The notes beneath the pieces are model-generated. The model was not told where the DNA came from. It searched no databases and saw only the letters and a program-made list of their open reading frames with translations. Positions 19,638 through 30,988 of a DNA stretch of 64,000 nt are shown here, in pieces. Source of the DNA: Meyerozyma guilliermondii (lineage: Eukaryota); assembly GCA_051546255.1 (NCBI GenBank), contig CP128818.1, forward strand, positions 372,001-436,000, in the 5' to 3' direction. The translations under genes and the position numbers were made by a program. Position 1 is the first letter of the stretch. The number at the start of each line of letters is the position of its first letter.

Positions 19638-21365
19638 CTATCTACGATCCACCATCCAATCCTTGATTGCAAATAACGCAATCTGCCAAGCCATCAAGAG
19701 AGTGATGACTCCCAAAGAGACGTTAAGCGTGAACATGGACGTGAATCCCCTATATTCAAATGCCAATACAATTGGGTCGCAAGATTCCATGAAAATGAGT
19801 CCTCCACAAAGCAATGAAAAACTAACCACCAACTCTGTAATTGACCGAGGAACCTTGGTGGGACTCTTTTCAGGTGGTGCTACGAGAAGAAGGATGTAGC
19901 TTAGAAACCTGAACCCACAACCAAGGATGAACATGTTTCCCCATTGGGTGTGAATTTCCGTAGACAAGTGTGAAGCCTGCTCATGTTTCGACATGAGAAT
20001 ACCTGTCCAGAAAACAGTAATAATGGGGAACGGATTGGGAGAAAATCCTGGAGTGGCTTTGACAATTTTTGATTTTGTTTCTTCATGATTTTGCATTGCT
20101 TGCATGGCCCTTTCATATCTCCAAGTTGCCAATTTGTACTCGGTAATTACCCCACAAAGACCACAGCCAATATATATGAACGCAATGGATGCGTGCTGTA
20201 AATCTTTAGCGGACCATTCTCCTCCTGGATTGGCCAAATGTTCCAAGAAGATGTTGGTGCTTCCGTAGACCAAGATGAGGGAAGATTCCACCATTTCCAT
20301 GGTACACAATCCAGACGATTGAAACCTGGCCCATCTGTTGACTCTGGTTTCGGCCTCGGTGACAAACTTGTGGTTCCATGCCCAACCATAGGCGGCGTAT
20401 GCACCACAATACCGAGCCAAATAGAGCATTCCCAACGAGAAGAAAATTCCTCCTTTAATGAAATGTGCCAACATGTTGAACAAACTGTTTCCACGACCAA
20501 AGCATCCTAGAACAGCGACGCCTGTGGGGATATATACAAGGTGAAAGAAAAAGTGGCCCCAGTTCAAATATTGGGAAATTCTTACCGTTGACGAGCCGAA
20601 AAATGCCACCCACTTTCGAACCCAGCGACTTTCCAATAACTTTGCAAATGGCGAAGGGGACTCATTCTGGAGTTTTTGTGGTCTTGGAGGTGTCTTGTAC
20701 TCGTTTTCTTCGTCGGTAATTTCAAACGAGTCAGCATCGTTAATCAAGGCTGAAGACGGCCCTTCGTTTGTGGCTTCCAGATCTTGGCTCTCCTGGTCAT
20801 ATAAATGAGCATATTGTCCCTCATTGGTCCCCTGGACGTAATTGAACCCGGTCTTTAACAATGCAAAAAACCAGTGGATGCAAGTGGAAAAAAAGAGAAT
20901 CCACGACATACGAGTATAGGCATTTCCAGGGTACAAATCTGGTGCCGATTGCATGAAACGGAAATAGTTGAGGAGCGCCAACACCACCATTGCCGAATTT
21001 AATGTCAAGCCCGCCAAATACCACATTGACTGAACATTATTCATCACCATACATACCGGATAAACCACCACCATTGCGACGGAAATGAGCCCTACGTGCA
21101 TATACAATGCCCCCTTATGTGGAGCATCGACCGTAAAGAAGGTTGTGGTGTTATAAGCCTCCCAATAAGCTCGTTCTGGTGGCTTAAGATCGGTTTGCAA
21201 AATAGGCACTCCATGATGGTGGCTGCTTAGATGAGGTACCGGCTTTACATCATCATACGTACTCGCATCTTGAGAGTCACTCATGTCTTGAGAGCCACTA
21301 TGTGCCATTTCGGCAGCAGCTTTTGCTGCCGTAACTGCTATCAAAAAACAACTTCGTAACTTCAT
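19638..21365 (-). CDS. Ytp1-family multi-pass membrane protein (YCR061W-like) with signal peptide
   Basis: Signal peptide, His-rich N-terminus, LAHFIKGGIFF, EMVESSLILVYGSTNIFLEHL, WSAKDLQH, FSPNPFP, GGLIFMES. Confidence 0.85.
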   Translation of the reverse strand: MKLRSCFLIAVTAAKAAAEMAHSGSQDMSDSQDASTYDDVKPVPHLSSHHHGVPILQTDLKPPERAYWEAYNTTTFFTVDAPHKGALYMHVGLISVAMVVVYPVCMVMNNVQSMWYLAGLTLNSAMVVLALLNYFRFMQSAPDLYPGNAYTRMSWILFFSTCIHWFFALLKTGFNYVQGTNEGQYAHLYDQESQDLEATNEGPSSALINDADSFEITDEENEYKTPPRPQKLQNESPSPFAKLLESRWVRKWVAFFGSSTVRISQYLNWGHFFFHLVYIPTGVAVLGCFGRGNSLFNMLAHFIKGGIFFSLGMLYLARYCGAYAAYGWAWNHKFVTEAETRVNRWARFQSSGLCTMEMVESSLILVYGSTNIFLEHLANPGGEWSAKDLQHASIAFIYIGCGLCGVITEYKLATWRYERAMQAMQNHEETKSKIVKATPGFSPNPFPIITVFWTGILMSKHEQASHLSTEIHTQWGNMFILGCGFRFLSYILLLVAPPEKSPTKVPRSITELVVSFSLLCGGLIFMESCDPIVLAFEYRGFTSMFTLNVSLGVITLLMAWQIALFAIKDWMVDRR

Positions 21366-21566
21366 TATTGGTTAATTATGTTTCACATTTACCTTTGCAA
21401 CCACTTTTATAAGTCTTCGGCTCGGAGACTCCGGCATTCCGCCGCATATGCAATTGTGTGCCGATAAAAATAACCGTCTATGTTTACCGTTTCGATTGTA
21501 AAAATAGCTCATGCATTGTCTTGCAAGTACAAGGTGTTTCGCAACTTTTCGTTATACTTGCCACAA

Positions 21567-21584
21567 ATGAGTCATTTTGAGTCA
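21567..21584. promoter_or_regulatory. Tandem Gcn4/AP-1-type sites (ATGAGTCAT plus TGAGTCA)
   Basis: Exact matches at 21567-21575 and 21578-21584, about 200 bp upstream of the Ytp1-family ATG. Confidence 0.55.
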
Positions 21585-22481
21585 AAAACTTTGGAAGTTT
21601 ACTGGGTGCGGTGGGATGTTAGTTGACATTAATATAGGCTCAAGAACGAAGATTCTGGTGGACTTGATAAATTGTGATCTATCTTATCAACAGCGCTTAC
21701 TAAGAAAATTTTGATTAACTGCAGTTTGTTATGATTAATTTGCTCTTGCGATTATCTCATGATTCACGTATACTTGGCTTGCATAGCCAAACATTGTAGA
21801 CGGTCATCTCTTTCTTAATGTTTGTTTACTTGTAATTGTCGTTCGCATGATTGCGCAGTTGATAGAAGCTGCAAAACGCACTTAATATGCGCGCTTATGT
21901 AAGCGGACCCTTGACGAATTATGATGGATTGGAGAGTGGTTTGAGGTCAATTAAACTACACGACTACTTCTGTTGTCTGGTGTGAGTCACTGAGCTTTTT
22001 TTCGCTTTTGAACGAGGCTGTTTTTCCAACTTATTAGCCGACAGCGAAACGGTCTAGACCCGGTTGTATGCCGTCTACGGAGTTAGCCCACAATGAATAA
22101 ATCCGAGACGTGCAAATTGCAGCCGTAGGTCAACTTGATAGAATTACGCAATTTGGATAGTATTACGAGAATCTTCTATTTAAGCAGTAAACGGGCCATA
22201 AGGTCTTGATATAAAACATTCTAATCACTCCAATGCAACTTATTTTCAAATCTTCTCATTTTTGGCTCATGCTTTTGGTTATTACTAGACTGGTTTCTTT
22301 CCTGCGCCACATCGCCTATTACATGACTTAATTGGCATATCTCTACGGCGCTATTTTTAGTCTAAGACAATGTTTTATGTGCAGTCTTCATTTTGTCATA
22401 TGCAGTCTCTTCTCTCACCTGCACTCCTTTTATCTGCACTCCTTTCAATTTTTCTTATCTGCACTTTTATCTACTCAGTGC

Positions 22482-25400
22482 ATGGGCTTTAAAGTCCAGT
22501 TCAACGACTATGACACCTATCAGTCGCTACCGCTGGATATAGACTGCTTGTATGGACAGGTACATGTGGTGCCAATTGTACGCATCTACGGCTCATTTTC
22601 GGTTTCTAATACCGAACCCCAATCTTCGGTTGCAACTTCTTCCTCAACTACTGCATCTGCAACCATTCTTGATGAGTCTGCATTGTCATTTACCACCGTC
22701 TTGCACGTGCACAACTTCTTTCCATACTTTTATATTGACGCTCCTGTTCATAGCGTTCCATTACAAACGATAATTTCCTATTTGGAGTCATGTCTCGGAG
22801 AGTCGTTTCTTCGCAATCCAGGTGACGATGATGAATACGAAAATGAAAAGGGAACCAACACCAATTTGCCTGAGGCTACTGCTGGAGGATCGGACCAGAA
22901 AAGAAGATTTATTGCACGGATTTCTCGTTGTAAAGGTACCCCGGTATATGGGTACCAAGTGGGTAACAAATGCATGTTGAAAGTATCATTGCTTTCTCCA
23001 GTTTACAAGACAAGATTGGTACGTTTGATACATGATAAGAAAATCAACTTTGCCAACTTTTGCTCCACAAAACAAAAGTTCAAGCCAAATGTATACGAGA
23101 CCCATTTGCCTATGCTTCTTCAATTCCTCACGGATTTCAACTTATATGGCTGTGGTTGGGTTGAATTGGACTCTTTCTGGTTCAGGTCTCCTGTTCTTGA
23201 CTACAATTCTCCGGCTCTTAGCTTCATTTCCACTACGAATACAGCACATTTAAAGCACAGTTTGCGCAAATATTTGACCCAAAAATCAGTGCTCAATCCT
23301 CGACATTATCCCAGAATAGCCAACAGTGTCCTTGAAATAGACGCTATCACTGCCTCGATTGCTAATAGAAATACTTTGCATGCTAGGCATCTTCACCATG
23401 ACTTTGTTGAACGATACAATTTCAACCCCAATCTGGTGGAAACTCCAACTTACTTGACATCCACACTGCATATCGTAAAGGACTTGAAATACCAATGTGA
23501 GATCAGAGGAAGACAGCCGGTGAGCTCACAAAACATCGGTAACAATTTAGGGTTCAGATCAACGGAGTGGGCTAATTCAACTGAACTTCGAAAATCATTG
23601 GACTATGTTATAACCTTGACCGGAGCCTACGAAACCGACTACAAAAGCTACTCGAAAGCCCGAATAAAAGACGACCATCCAGAACTTCCGTCGTCGTTTG
23701 CACTCGTCGATATTGAAAAAACATACGATCCAAAACCTAAACTACTTCAATGGTCTGGTTATGACTCTCTTTTCAGCGAAAAGCAAGAATCGTTTCAGTC
23801 GCAACTTTCTCAGCTCTCGCAAGCCAAAGAGCAAAAGAAAGTGTTGAGTTCTTTCGATTCTCTTTCAGATGCTTTGAGTTCCTCAAAAGAGGTTCTGGAC
23901 CTGCCGTGGGACTCTGACCAGAACGAAACTGAAGAAAAGAGCGAACAAAATGAAGAAAAGAGTGAACAAAATGAACCTTTGGCGATCAATTCTGAGACGG
24001 ACGAGCCAGAAGAACACTCCCAAATCATCAATGATGAAGCTATGTTGCAGATGACTCAAAGGCATTCTCTCAAAAGACCACTTGAAGAGCCTCCTCTGTC
24101 TCCTGTTCTACAAGTGAATAGCTCGTTTTCCGAATTGGAACCGCAACAAGAGTTAGTCAGCCAAATCGAATTGTCGAGTTGCAATGGATACTGCTATGAA
24201 TTGAAACAACCGGCTGCAATACAGAAAGAATGCTTTAAAGATGGACTAGATTCAGAAGGCATTCTCCAGGTGGACTATGTTGATCCTTTCTATTCCAAGT
24301 CCGTTGATGGGGCAGCGAAACCTTTGGTTTTTGCCAATAAAAAGATCGTGGTTCCCTGTCTCAATGACTCCACCATTGCTCCATTCAGATTACAAGGTCA
24401 AAGCACTCCTTCATTTAGTGTCAAGAGTGTGTTGAAATCAGCTTCAGGTGGCATGGGTTTGAACAAAAAGCTGTATTTATGGGAGTATGCTGTTACACCA
24501 CCGCTGTCTGCAAGCATAAAAGATTGGCTTGCAACAGAGAAAAAGAAGCGGAACACATACACACAAATTGAGCATCCTAATAGTGGAACCGCTGCCAAAT
24601 TCAAGTACTCGTATCGACTGGAACTGTCGTCACGAAGACCAGATTCTTTCATTCGACTAACGAACTTTCATGCTGAGATCCATGTGAATACTGATTCCAA
24701 TTCGCTTCCAGATCCAGAATTAAATCTGGTTTCTGCAATTTTTTATCATTTTGACGATGCAAATCTTATGTTTGACAAGATTCCCGTTACTGGAGTGTTA
24801 GTTAACCGTGAAACTTGTAACAACGTCCACCTATTAAAGTCTGCTGTTGACATGAAAATCGAGACCTTTGAGGATGAGAAATCAATGGTGGACCGTCTCC
24901 TTTTTCTCGTGGAAGCATTCGACCCAGACATTCTTTGTGGCTACGAAATCAATGCTTCGAGCTGGGGATATTTGGTTGAGAGATTTCGAGCGGCATACGA
25001 CATAAATTTGCTACCATTGCTTAGTCGTTGTACTTTCAAAAGCAATGGTAAGTTTGGAGATAGGTGGGGCTATACTCATACCTCGGCTCTCAAGATTAAT
25101 GGGCGGCACTTGTTGAACGTTTGGCGAGTTTTTCGATCCAATGTGACTTTAACGTCGTATTCTTTGGAAAACGTTGTCTTTCATATTTTGCACCAAACAA
25201 TAGCCAAGTGTTCCAATAGATCCCTATCGAAGTGGTTCCGCAGTGACAATGCAAGCAAGCTCTTGTTCGTCCTAAATTATTACATGCAACGCATACTTTT
25301 GGTCCAGAAGATTCTTGACGTTAGAGAGATTATCACCAAGAATGTAGAAGAAGCCAGGTTCATTGGAGTTGACTTTTACTCTGTATTCTTTCGTGGGTCT

Positions 25401-27158
25401 CAGTATAAAGTGGAATCGATTTTATCGCGGATTTCAAAGGTTGAAAGTTTACTATTGAATTCACCTTCAAAGACCCAAGTGAGTAATATGAAGCCGCTCG
25501 AGGCTATATCGTTGATATTGGAACCTGACGCAAACTTTTACAAGTCGCCTTTGGTGGTTTTGGATTTTCAATCTTTGTATCCATCCATCATGATTGCGTA
25601 CAACTACTGTTTCACCACACTATTGGGAAGACTAGATGGATTTGATCCCAAGAAAAACACCATTGGTTTCTTGAAGCACTTGGACTTACCACCAGGACTT
25701 GTTAACCTATTGAAAGAGAACGACGACATCAATCTCTCACCAAATGGGTACATGTTTGCCAAGAGTTCTGTCCGCAAATCGCTACTTTCCAAGATGCTTG
25801 AGGAAATCTTGAATACAAGAATACAGGTGAAAACGGTTATGCTGATGTTTAAAGACGACACCAATCTCGCCAAATTGCTCAATTCAAGACAATTAGCCCT
25901 CAAGTTGATTGCAAATGTCACCTATGGTTATGCTTCGGCATCTTTCAGCGGAAGAATGCCGAATTCTGCCATTGCCGATGCAATTGTATCCACCGGGCGA
26001 GAGATTTTGACGAAATCAATTAATATCATTGAGCTGGCAAACTATGGTGCTAAAGTTGTCTATGGTGATACTGACTCTTTGTTCATGTATTTGCCTGGAC
26101 GAAGCAAGGAAGACTCATTTAAGATTGGACGTGAAGTAGCAGCACATATAACTTCGCTTTTTCCGGATCCCATTCAGTTGAAGTTTGAAAAGGTATACCA
26201 TCCATGCGTTCTATTGAGCAAAAAGAGGTATGTTGGTAACTGCTTTGAGTATGAGTCCCAACAAGAAGCTACATTCCAGGCGAAAGGAATTGAGACGATT
26301 CGAAGAGATGGAATTCCAGCTCAACAGAAGATAGTTGAAAAAGCACTAAGAATACTTTTCACTACCAAAGACTTGTCGCTCGTCAAGGACTACACTCTCA
26401 CTCAGTTCCGCAAAATCATAGCCAACCGAATATCGATACGGGACTTTTGCTTTGCAAAGGAAGTCCGTTTTGGAACCTACAAAAGCTTGAACCACATACC
26501 TGCTGGAGCCATGGTTGCAATGCGCAAGGTGGCTCGAGATCCTCGGTCAGAACCTCAGTATAGAGAAAGAGTACCGTATGTGGTTATTGAAGATGCCGAG
26601 AAACCTCGAATACGTGATAGAAGCGTGCCTCCAGAAGAGTTCATTGAAGCTTATAGGCACTTGCGGCCGGTTCGCCTTGACTATGAATACTACATAGGAC
26701 GAGTTTTGATTCCTCCGTTGGAAAGAATTTTCAATCTAGTTGGAGCGGATATACGAGGTTGGTATAAGGAAATTCCCAAGCAGACGGCTACAGATCTCCA
26801 CACTGGAGTGTTGAAGATGTCAAGACATATCAAGTCGAAAACTTGCATTAACTGTGGAGGACAAGTTGCCGAGGGTGAATCTACAAGTGTGTGCCGTGAG
26901 TGCCTCAGCAACGAACAGGCATTGATGGTGAATTCCGTGATGAGCACTCGTTACAGAGAACGTCATTTGACTGAAGTTGCAAGAACTTGTTATCATTGTA
27001 TTAGCTCCACTTATGCTTGTGGCAGTTCGATTCAAGGCTTGGAAACACAATGCGAGAACCAAAGCTGTGATGTGTATTTTGAAAGGATTCGAAGCGTTGT
27101 GTTTAAGTCGCAGCTCGACCAGAAACACCAGACAATAGAGGAAGCTGTGGGGTGGTAG
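22482..27158 (+). CDS. REV3: DNA polymerase zeta catalytic subunit
   Basis: Family-B motifs DFQSLYPS, KLIANVTYGY and YGDTDS; Rev3-type HVHNFFPYFY and RGSQYKVES; C-terminal Cys clusters. First ATG at 22482. Confidence 0.96.
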   Translation: MGFKVQFNDYDTYQSLPLDIDCLYGQVHVVPIVRIYGSFSVSNTEPQSSVATSSSTTASATILDESALSFTTVLHVHNFFPYFYIDAPVHSVPLQTIISYLESCLGESFLRNPGDDDEYENEKGTNTNLPEATAGGSDQKRRFIARISRCKGTPVYGYQVGNKCMLKVSLLSPVYKTRLVRLIHDKKINFANFCSTKQKFKPNVYETHLPMLLQFLTDFNLYGCGWVELDSFWFRSPVLDYNSPALSFISTTNTAHLKHSLRKYLTQKSVLNPRHYPRIANSVLEIDAITASIANRNTLHARHLHHDFVERYNFNPNLVETPTYLTSTLHIVKDLKYQCEIRGRQPVSSQNIGNNLGFRSTEWANSTELRKSLDYVITLTGAYETDYKSYSKARIKDDHPELPSSFALVDIEKTYDPKPKLLQWSGYDSLFSEKQESFQSQLSQLSQAKEQKKVLSSFDSLSDALSSSKEVLDLPWDSDQNETEEKSEQNEEKSEQNEPLAINSETDEPEEHSQIINDEAMLQMTQRHSLKRPLEEPPLSPVLQVNSSFSELEPQQELVSQIELSSCNGYCYELKQPAAIQKECFKDGLDSEGILQVDYVDPFYSKSVDGAAKPLVFANKKIVVPCLNDSTIAPFRLQGQSTPSFSVKSVLKSASGGMGLNKKLYLWEYAVTPPLSASIKDWLATEKKKRNTYTQIEHPNSGTAAKFKYSYRLELSSRRPDSFIRLTNFHAEIHVNTDSNSLPDPELNLVSAIFYHFDDANLMFDKIPVTGVLVNRETCNNVHLLKSAVDMKIETFEDEKSMVDRLLFLVEAFDPDILCGYEINASSWGYLVERFRAAYDINLLPLLSRCTFKSNGKFGDRWGYTHTSALKINGRHLLNVWRVFRSNVTLTSYSLENVVFHILHQTIAKCSNRSLSKWFRSDNASKLLFVLNYYMQRILLVQKILDVREIITKNVEEARFIGVDFYSVFFRGSQYKVESILSRISKVESLLLNSPSKTQVSNMKPLEAISLILEPDANFYKSPLVVLDFQSLYPSIMIAYNYCFTTLLGRLDGFDPKKNTIGFLKHLDLPPGLVNLLKENDDINLSPNGYMFAKSSVRKSLLSKMLEEILNTRIQVKTVMLMFKDDTNLAKLLNSRQLALKLIANVTYGYASASFSGRMPNSAIADAIVSTGREILTKSINIIELANYGAKVVYGDTDSLFMYLPGRSKEDSFKIGREVAAHITSLFPDPIQLKFEKVYHPCVLLSKKRYVGNCFEYESQQEATFQAKGIETIRRDGIPAQQKIVEKALRILFTTKDLSLVKDYTLTQFRKIIANRISIRDFCFAKEVRFGTYKSLNHIPAGAMVAMRKVARDPRSEPQYRERVPYVVIEDAEKPRIRDRSVPPEEFIEAYRHLRPVRLDYEYYIGRVLIPPLERIFNLVGADIRGWYKEIPKQTATDLHTGVLKMSRHIKSKTCINCGGQVAEGESTSVCRECLSNEQALMVNSVMSTRYRERHLTEVARTCYHCISSTYACGSSIQGLETQCENQSCDVYFERIRSVVFKSQLDQKHQTIEEAVGW

Positions 27159-27191
27159 ATGGAAAGTCGAGAATAAAGTTGAAGAAGGTTG

Positions 27192-27236
27192 CAAAATGAA
27201 GACAAAATGAAGACAAAATGAAGACTAAAATGAAGA
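27192..27236. repeat. 11-bp tandem repeat (CAAAATGAAGA, about 4 copies) downstream of REV3
   Basis: Read directly; three exact copies plus one with a 1-nt insertion. Confidence 0.85.
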
Positions 27237-27716
27237 TTTAGCTTGTGAATTAGGGAGACAGGCTTGAACAAAGAGAGAGATTAAAGTGCTAAAGTACGGA
27301 ACAATTGAACTGTGAGAGGTATTTGATGAACTACATTAATGATATAATAATACGAAGAATGAGAAATAAATTAAAGTTGCAAATTGCAAAATTACAAAAT
27401 TATGTAGAAAAATATTTACAAAACGAAGATATTTATCCAAGGCAAAACAGACAAACCATTAAGACAACAAACAAAAATCACCTCAACTTGCCTTTCTCAT
27501 CTCAATGCCCTCAGCACAAGCCTCGCCCAACCGAGCAGTTTCCGGGAGTGTCGCATGCGCCGCTTACATCAGCAGCACCATGTCAATGAAAAAAGTGTCC
27601 CAGGCGAGTTTTCTTCCCCAGATCTATGAAGCCCAATTGAACGTGCTGGATCCACACTTGATTTGAGGACTTCTAGTAAACTGATACATCGTTACAGCTG
27701 CAGCATCTGATTGAAT

Positions 27717-28394
27717 ATGGCGTCGAAATTGCCCGAGGATCATTCGGCACCTTCCGAACAATCCGTAACTCCCAAAGATGTTCTACTTTTCATTCCCAAT
27801 TTGATTGGTTATACCCGAATACTAACGGCTGTTCTCTCGTTTGTGTGTATGAAACGCCACCCGGTGGCCATGCTTTCACTCTATGGAATCTCTGGATTTT
27901 TGGATGCATTTGATGGATGGGCTGCGAGGAAATTTGACCAGGGAACCCGGTTTGGAGCCGTTTTGGATATGGTAACTGATAGATGTGCCACTACATCGTT
28001 AATATGCTACTTGTGTGTGTTGTACCCGCAATATTTTCTTGTTTGGCAGCTATTGGTGTCGCTTGATTTGACGTCTCATTACATGCACATGTATGCCATG
28101 ACAACCTCGGGTTCTGCCTCGCACAAAAATGTCGATGCCAAGCAGTCCAAGATCTTAAATTTGTACTACACAAACCGAAAGGTTTTGTTTGGGGTGTGTC
28201 TCGTCAACGAATTGTTCTACGTGGCAGTCTATTTGCATTCGTTTAATTTTTTCTGGCTCGGAACCGTGTTGGTTTTTGTCAGTGCTCCCGTGTGGTTTTT
28301 CAAGCAGGTTGCCAACGTGATCCAGCTTCGGGCTGCCGCACTCATCATGATCAAGTTGGATGCTGCTGACAAGTCGAAGCGCAAGGCAGAGTAA
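27717..28394 (+). CDS. PIS1: Phosphatidylinositol synthase
   Basis: FIPNLIGYTR and the CDP-alcohol phosphotransferase motif DAFDGWAAR...GAVLDMVTDR. First ATG at 27717. Confidence 0.96.
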   Translation: MASKLPEDHSAPSEQSVTPKDVLLFIPNLIGYTRILTAVLSFVCMKRHPVAMLSLYGISGFLDAFDGWAARKFDQGTRFGAVLDMVTDRCATTSLICYLCVLYPQYFLVWQLLVSLDLTSHYMHMYAMTTSGSASHKNVDAKQSKILNLYYTNRKVLFGVCLVNELFYVAVYLHSFNFFWLGTVLVFVSAPVWFFKQVANVIQLRAAALIMIKLDAADKSKRKAE

Positions 28395-28518
28395 GAGAGT
28401 AAGAGCAGAGGTAGGCCGAATTGGTCAAGTAATACAGTGTAGTAGTTAGTGCAATACAGAGAATGTGGACACAGAGATTGTGGAATACAGAATGTGGTAT
28501 GAATCTTTCATGCCCGCA

Positions 28519-30882
28519 TCAAACCATCATTTTCACACACTCCTCCAGCAATTGTGCATTGAGCTTGGTTATGGCACGGTGAGCATGGCCCACCAAATCA
28601 TTGTTTTCTTTGAACGTTGCCATACTTTCTTCTAGCTCAAAACACTTTAAAAGGTTTTTGGAATGTTTAATGGCTTTGAATCCTTTTATAGCAGCGTTGA
28701 GATAGCGTAGAAATTTGTTGAAAAGATCTTTTTCCGGACCAATAGTGGTATCTTTTGTCCTTGCCATACCATAGCACGCAGTAGCTAGCTCATAATATGC
28801 GCTTGATGTAAGTTCCACGTTGTAGTTGGCCAAAATCCGGGGTATGTTTGCAGTGAGAATCTTGTAGGAGTCTTGAAAACCACCAAGATTGGCCTGAACA
28901 GAAGCCAAAAGTACAATGCCCTCGCATGCTATTGACGAAAAACCAACGTCTCGGGCCCTTACAAGCTGGCTCATCAACAAGCTGAACGCTCTCAGCGGGT
29001 TTCCCGTTTCGTTGTATATGGTACATTGAAGTAATTTGAGACGGAAAAGACCATAAAGACTAAGATCTGTCTCGAAAGCCAGCTCGTCTAACGAAGACAA
29101 AAACGAAGAGATTTTGGCAAGAGCAGAAGCATAATTTCCAAGTGCCATTTCCACTTTTGCACTAAGATAAACCAGCTCAACTCGTACATCGTTTTCGTGA
29201 TTGTCGCTGCAAAGCAAATCACCAACAAGCTCCCTAGCTTGGAAGAGGCGTCCATTTCGAAGATGGAGCTCAATTAACAACATGACACAGCGCATCTTGA
29301 CCATGTTTTCCAACGCCTGGTCTTTCTTGTTTACAAGCTTTTGAAGTGAACAAATATTCTTGTATAATTCCTCACCGTCTTCATGAGCAAACCGTAGAAA
29401 GCAGCGCCGAATTTCCATCGTCACCTGGTCAGAAAGTTTTCCAGTTTCATTTGCGGTATCAGAAGCCATTGAAATGTACAACTCAGACATATGTGGCTGG
29501 CCTATTCTTGCCCAAGCCGTGGTTGCCATTTCGAGGGCACGAATGTAAGTGGGCTTCGAATCATTGAGAGAAAGATACAATGCTTTCACGAGACTTTCAA
29601 GGTATCTTCCCATAGTTCCGGCAGAATCCATGATATGAACGGTTTCATAGAGAAAGCTCATGCAATGAAGCAGTAGCGACACCGATTGCGACTTGGTAAT
29701 GAGAAAGTCGAGAAGATGCAGGGCATTATTGTTGTGGTAAAAAGTCTGTTTTTTCCATAGCTCGGGCTTGCATTTCATAAGATTGTAGAGCCACGAAAGA
29801 ATAAAGGTAAGCGTCGAGTTATCCTTGTTTTCCCGCGCCACCGATATAGCTTCTTCGATAGCATCGAGAGCCTGCTCGTACTCACCGAAATACTGATGCA
29901 ACGACGCTCGGGAAATCAAGGCAAAATGGTAAAAGTACTTTGAGTTATTGGAAACCATGTAGTCAAAGTACTGATGCAATGAATCGAGAGCTCCGTGGTA
30001 GTTGGACTCATGGAGGTTTTGTAAGTAGTTGGCATAGTAGTAAGATGGGGCTTGGCTGAAAGTCAAGTTGAGAGCCAGAGATGGCCCTTGGTCCTGCAAC
30101 GCCATAGCAGAAAGCACCTGGCGCATCAGAGAAGGAAGCGTACCGCCATAAGTCTCCAAAAGAATTACCTGTTTTTCAAGAAGAGCTTGGGTGGATGATT
30201 TTGATAAAGAGACGAGCCCGGTGGTGGTATTATGTGATTCAGCTGCGGTGATGGATATGCCCAAAGTTTCGTGCAATTGGCTGGTGAGGTGTGTATAGAC
30301 GTTAGCATCTGTGTTGGGGGCTGTGTCATGTGGTGGGTTTCCGCCGAGACTGACAAACAAGTGGTGAGATTCAGCCCTAAAGTCGACAAAAGATGCAAAA
30401 AATAGAAACACTTCATCAAACTGTAGAAGCCGATACGTGGTGGTTAGCTTCAGGATAACTCCCCCAAGAAAAGACCGAGGTGATATGGCCTTTGTGGTGG
30501 CATTTGGGCCATCTTGCACTACTATGGTGTCTTTGGGCAGAAGAAACAGCTCGGCTTGTTTGACTTTGAAGTCAAGATCATCAACATTTTTTATGCTCCA
30601 GAGCTCCAGAAGGAACAACAGGGTCAAACTATTGGAGGTGGAGTCATTTCCGTGTCTCAATGCCTCAATTTTGACTTGTTCTATGAGTTCTAGAAGTCCA
30701 GGAAACAATAACAATTCCCCTTTGTCATTCAGTAGTGACTCGTCTTCAAGAAACCTAACCACCACAGTCATCAAGGGTCGACAGCACTCAATGGGGATCC
30801 GATTTCCAGCATATAGGGATACAAGAAGAAGTAGACATATTCGGATGGGAGTAATGTCTTCTGTGAGTAGTACATTCGTCAT
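28519..30882 (-). CDS. APC5: Anaphase-promoting complex subunit 5
   Basis: YHGALDSLHQYFDY...YHFALISRASLHQYFG...AIEEAISVARENKD (Apc5 TPR-like domain). First ATG at 30882. Confidence 0.9.
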   Translation of the reverse strand: MTNVLLTEDITPIRICLLLLVSLYAGNRIPIECCRPLMTVVVRFLEDESLLNDKGELLLFPGLLELIEQVKIEALRHGNDSTSNSLTLLFLLELWSIKNVDDLDFKVKQAELFLLPKDTIVVQDGPNATTKAISPRSFLGGVILKLTTTYRLLQFDEVFLFFASFVDFRAESHHLFVSLGGNPPHDTAPNTDANVYTHLTSQLHETLGISITAAESHNTTTGLVSLSKSSTQALLEKQVILLETYGGTLPSLMRQVLSAMALQDQGPSLALNLTFSQAPSYYYANYLQNLHESNYHGALDSLHQYFDYMVSNNSKYFYHFALISRASLHQYFGEYEQALDAIEEAISVARENKDNSTLTFILSWLYNLMKCKPELWKKQTFYHNNNALHLLDFLITKSQSVSLLLHCMSFLYETVHIMDSAGTMGRYLESLVKALYLSLNDSKPTYIRALEMATTAWARIGQPHMSELYISMASDTANETGKLSDQVTMEIRRCFLRFAHEDGEELYKNICSLQKLVNKKDQALENMVKMRCVMLLIELHLRNGRLFQARELVGDLLCSDNHENDVRVELVYLSAKVEMALGNYASALAKISSFLSSLDELAFETDLSLYGLFRLKLLQCTIYNETGNPLRAFSLLMSQLVRARDVGFSSIACEGIVLLASVQANLGGFQDSYKILTANIPRILANYNVELTSSAYYELATACYGMARTKDTTIGPEKDLFNKFLRYLNAAIKGFKAIKHSKNLLKCFELEESMATFKENNDLVGHAHRAITKLNAQLLEECVKMMV

Positions 30883-30988
30883 AAAGGAAATAAAGATTCG
30901 CGAAAATGAAAAATGCTGCAAAAAGTATTCTATTATGAGACAGAAAAATGTTATTACTACTTATGGCTAATTTGGCCACTGGGATCCG

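Noticed and set aside
22332..22481. N-terminal extensions in the ORF track (REV3, LOS1, PPS1, MRPS12, UTP18, APC5, RGD1)
   Set aside because: They arise from TTG/GTG starts under prokaryotic-style calling; family homology begins at or after the first ATG.
23931..23975. 21-bp tandem duplication in REV3 (EEKSEQN x2)
   Set aside because: In-frame and within the variable disordered linker; no sign of an intein or insertion element.
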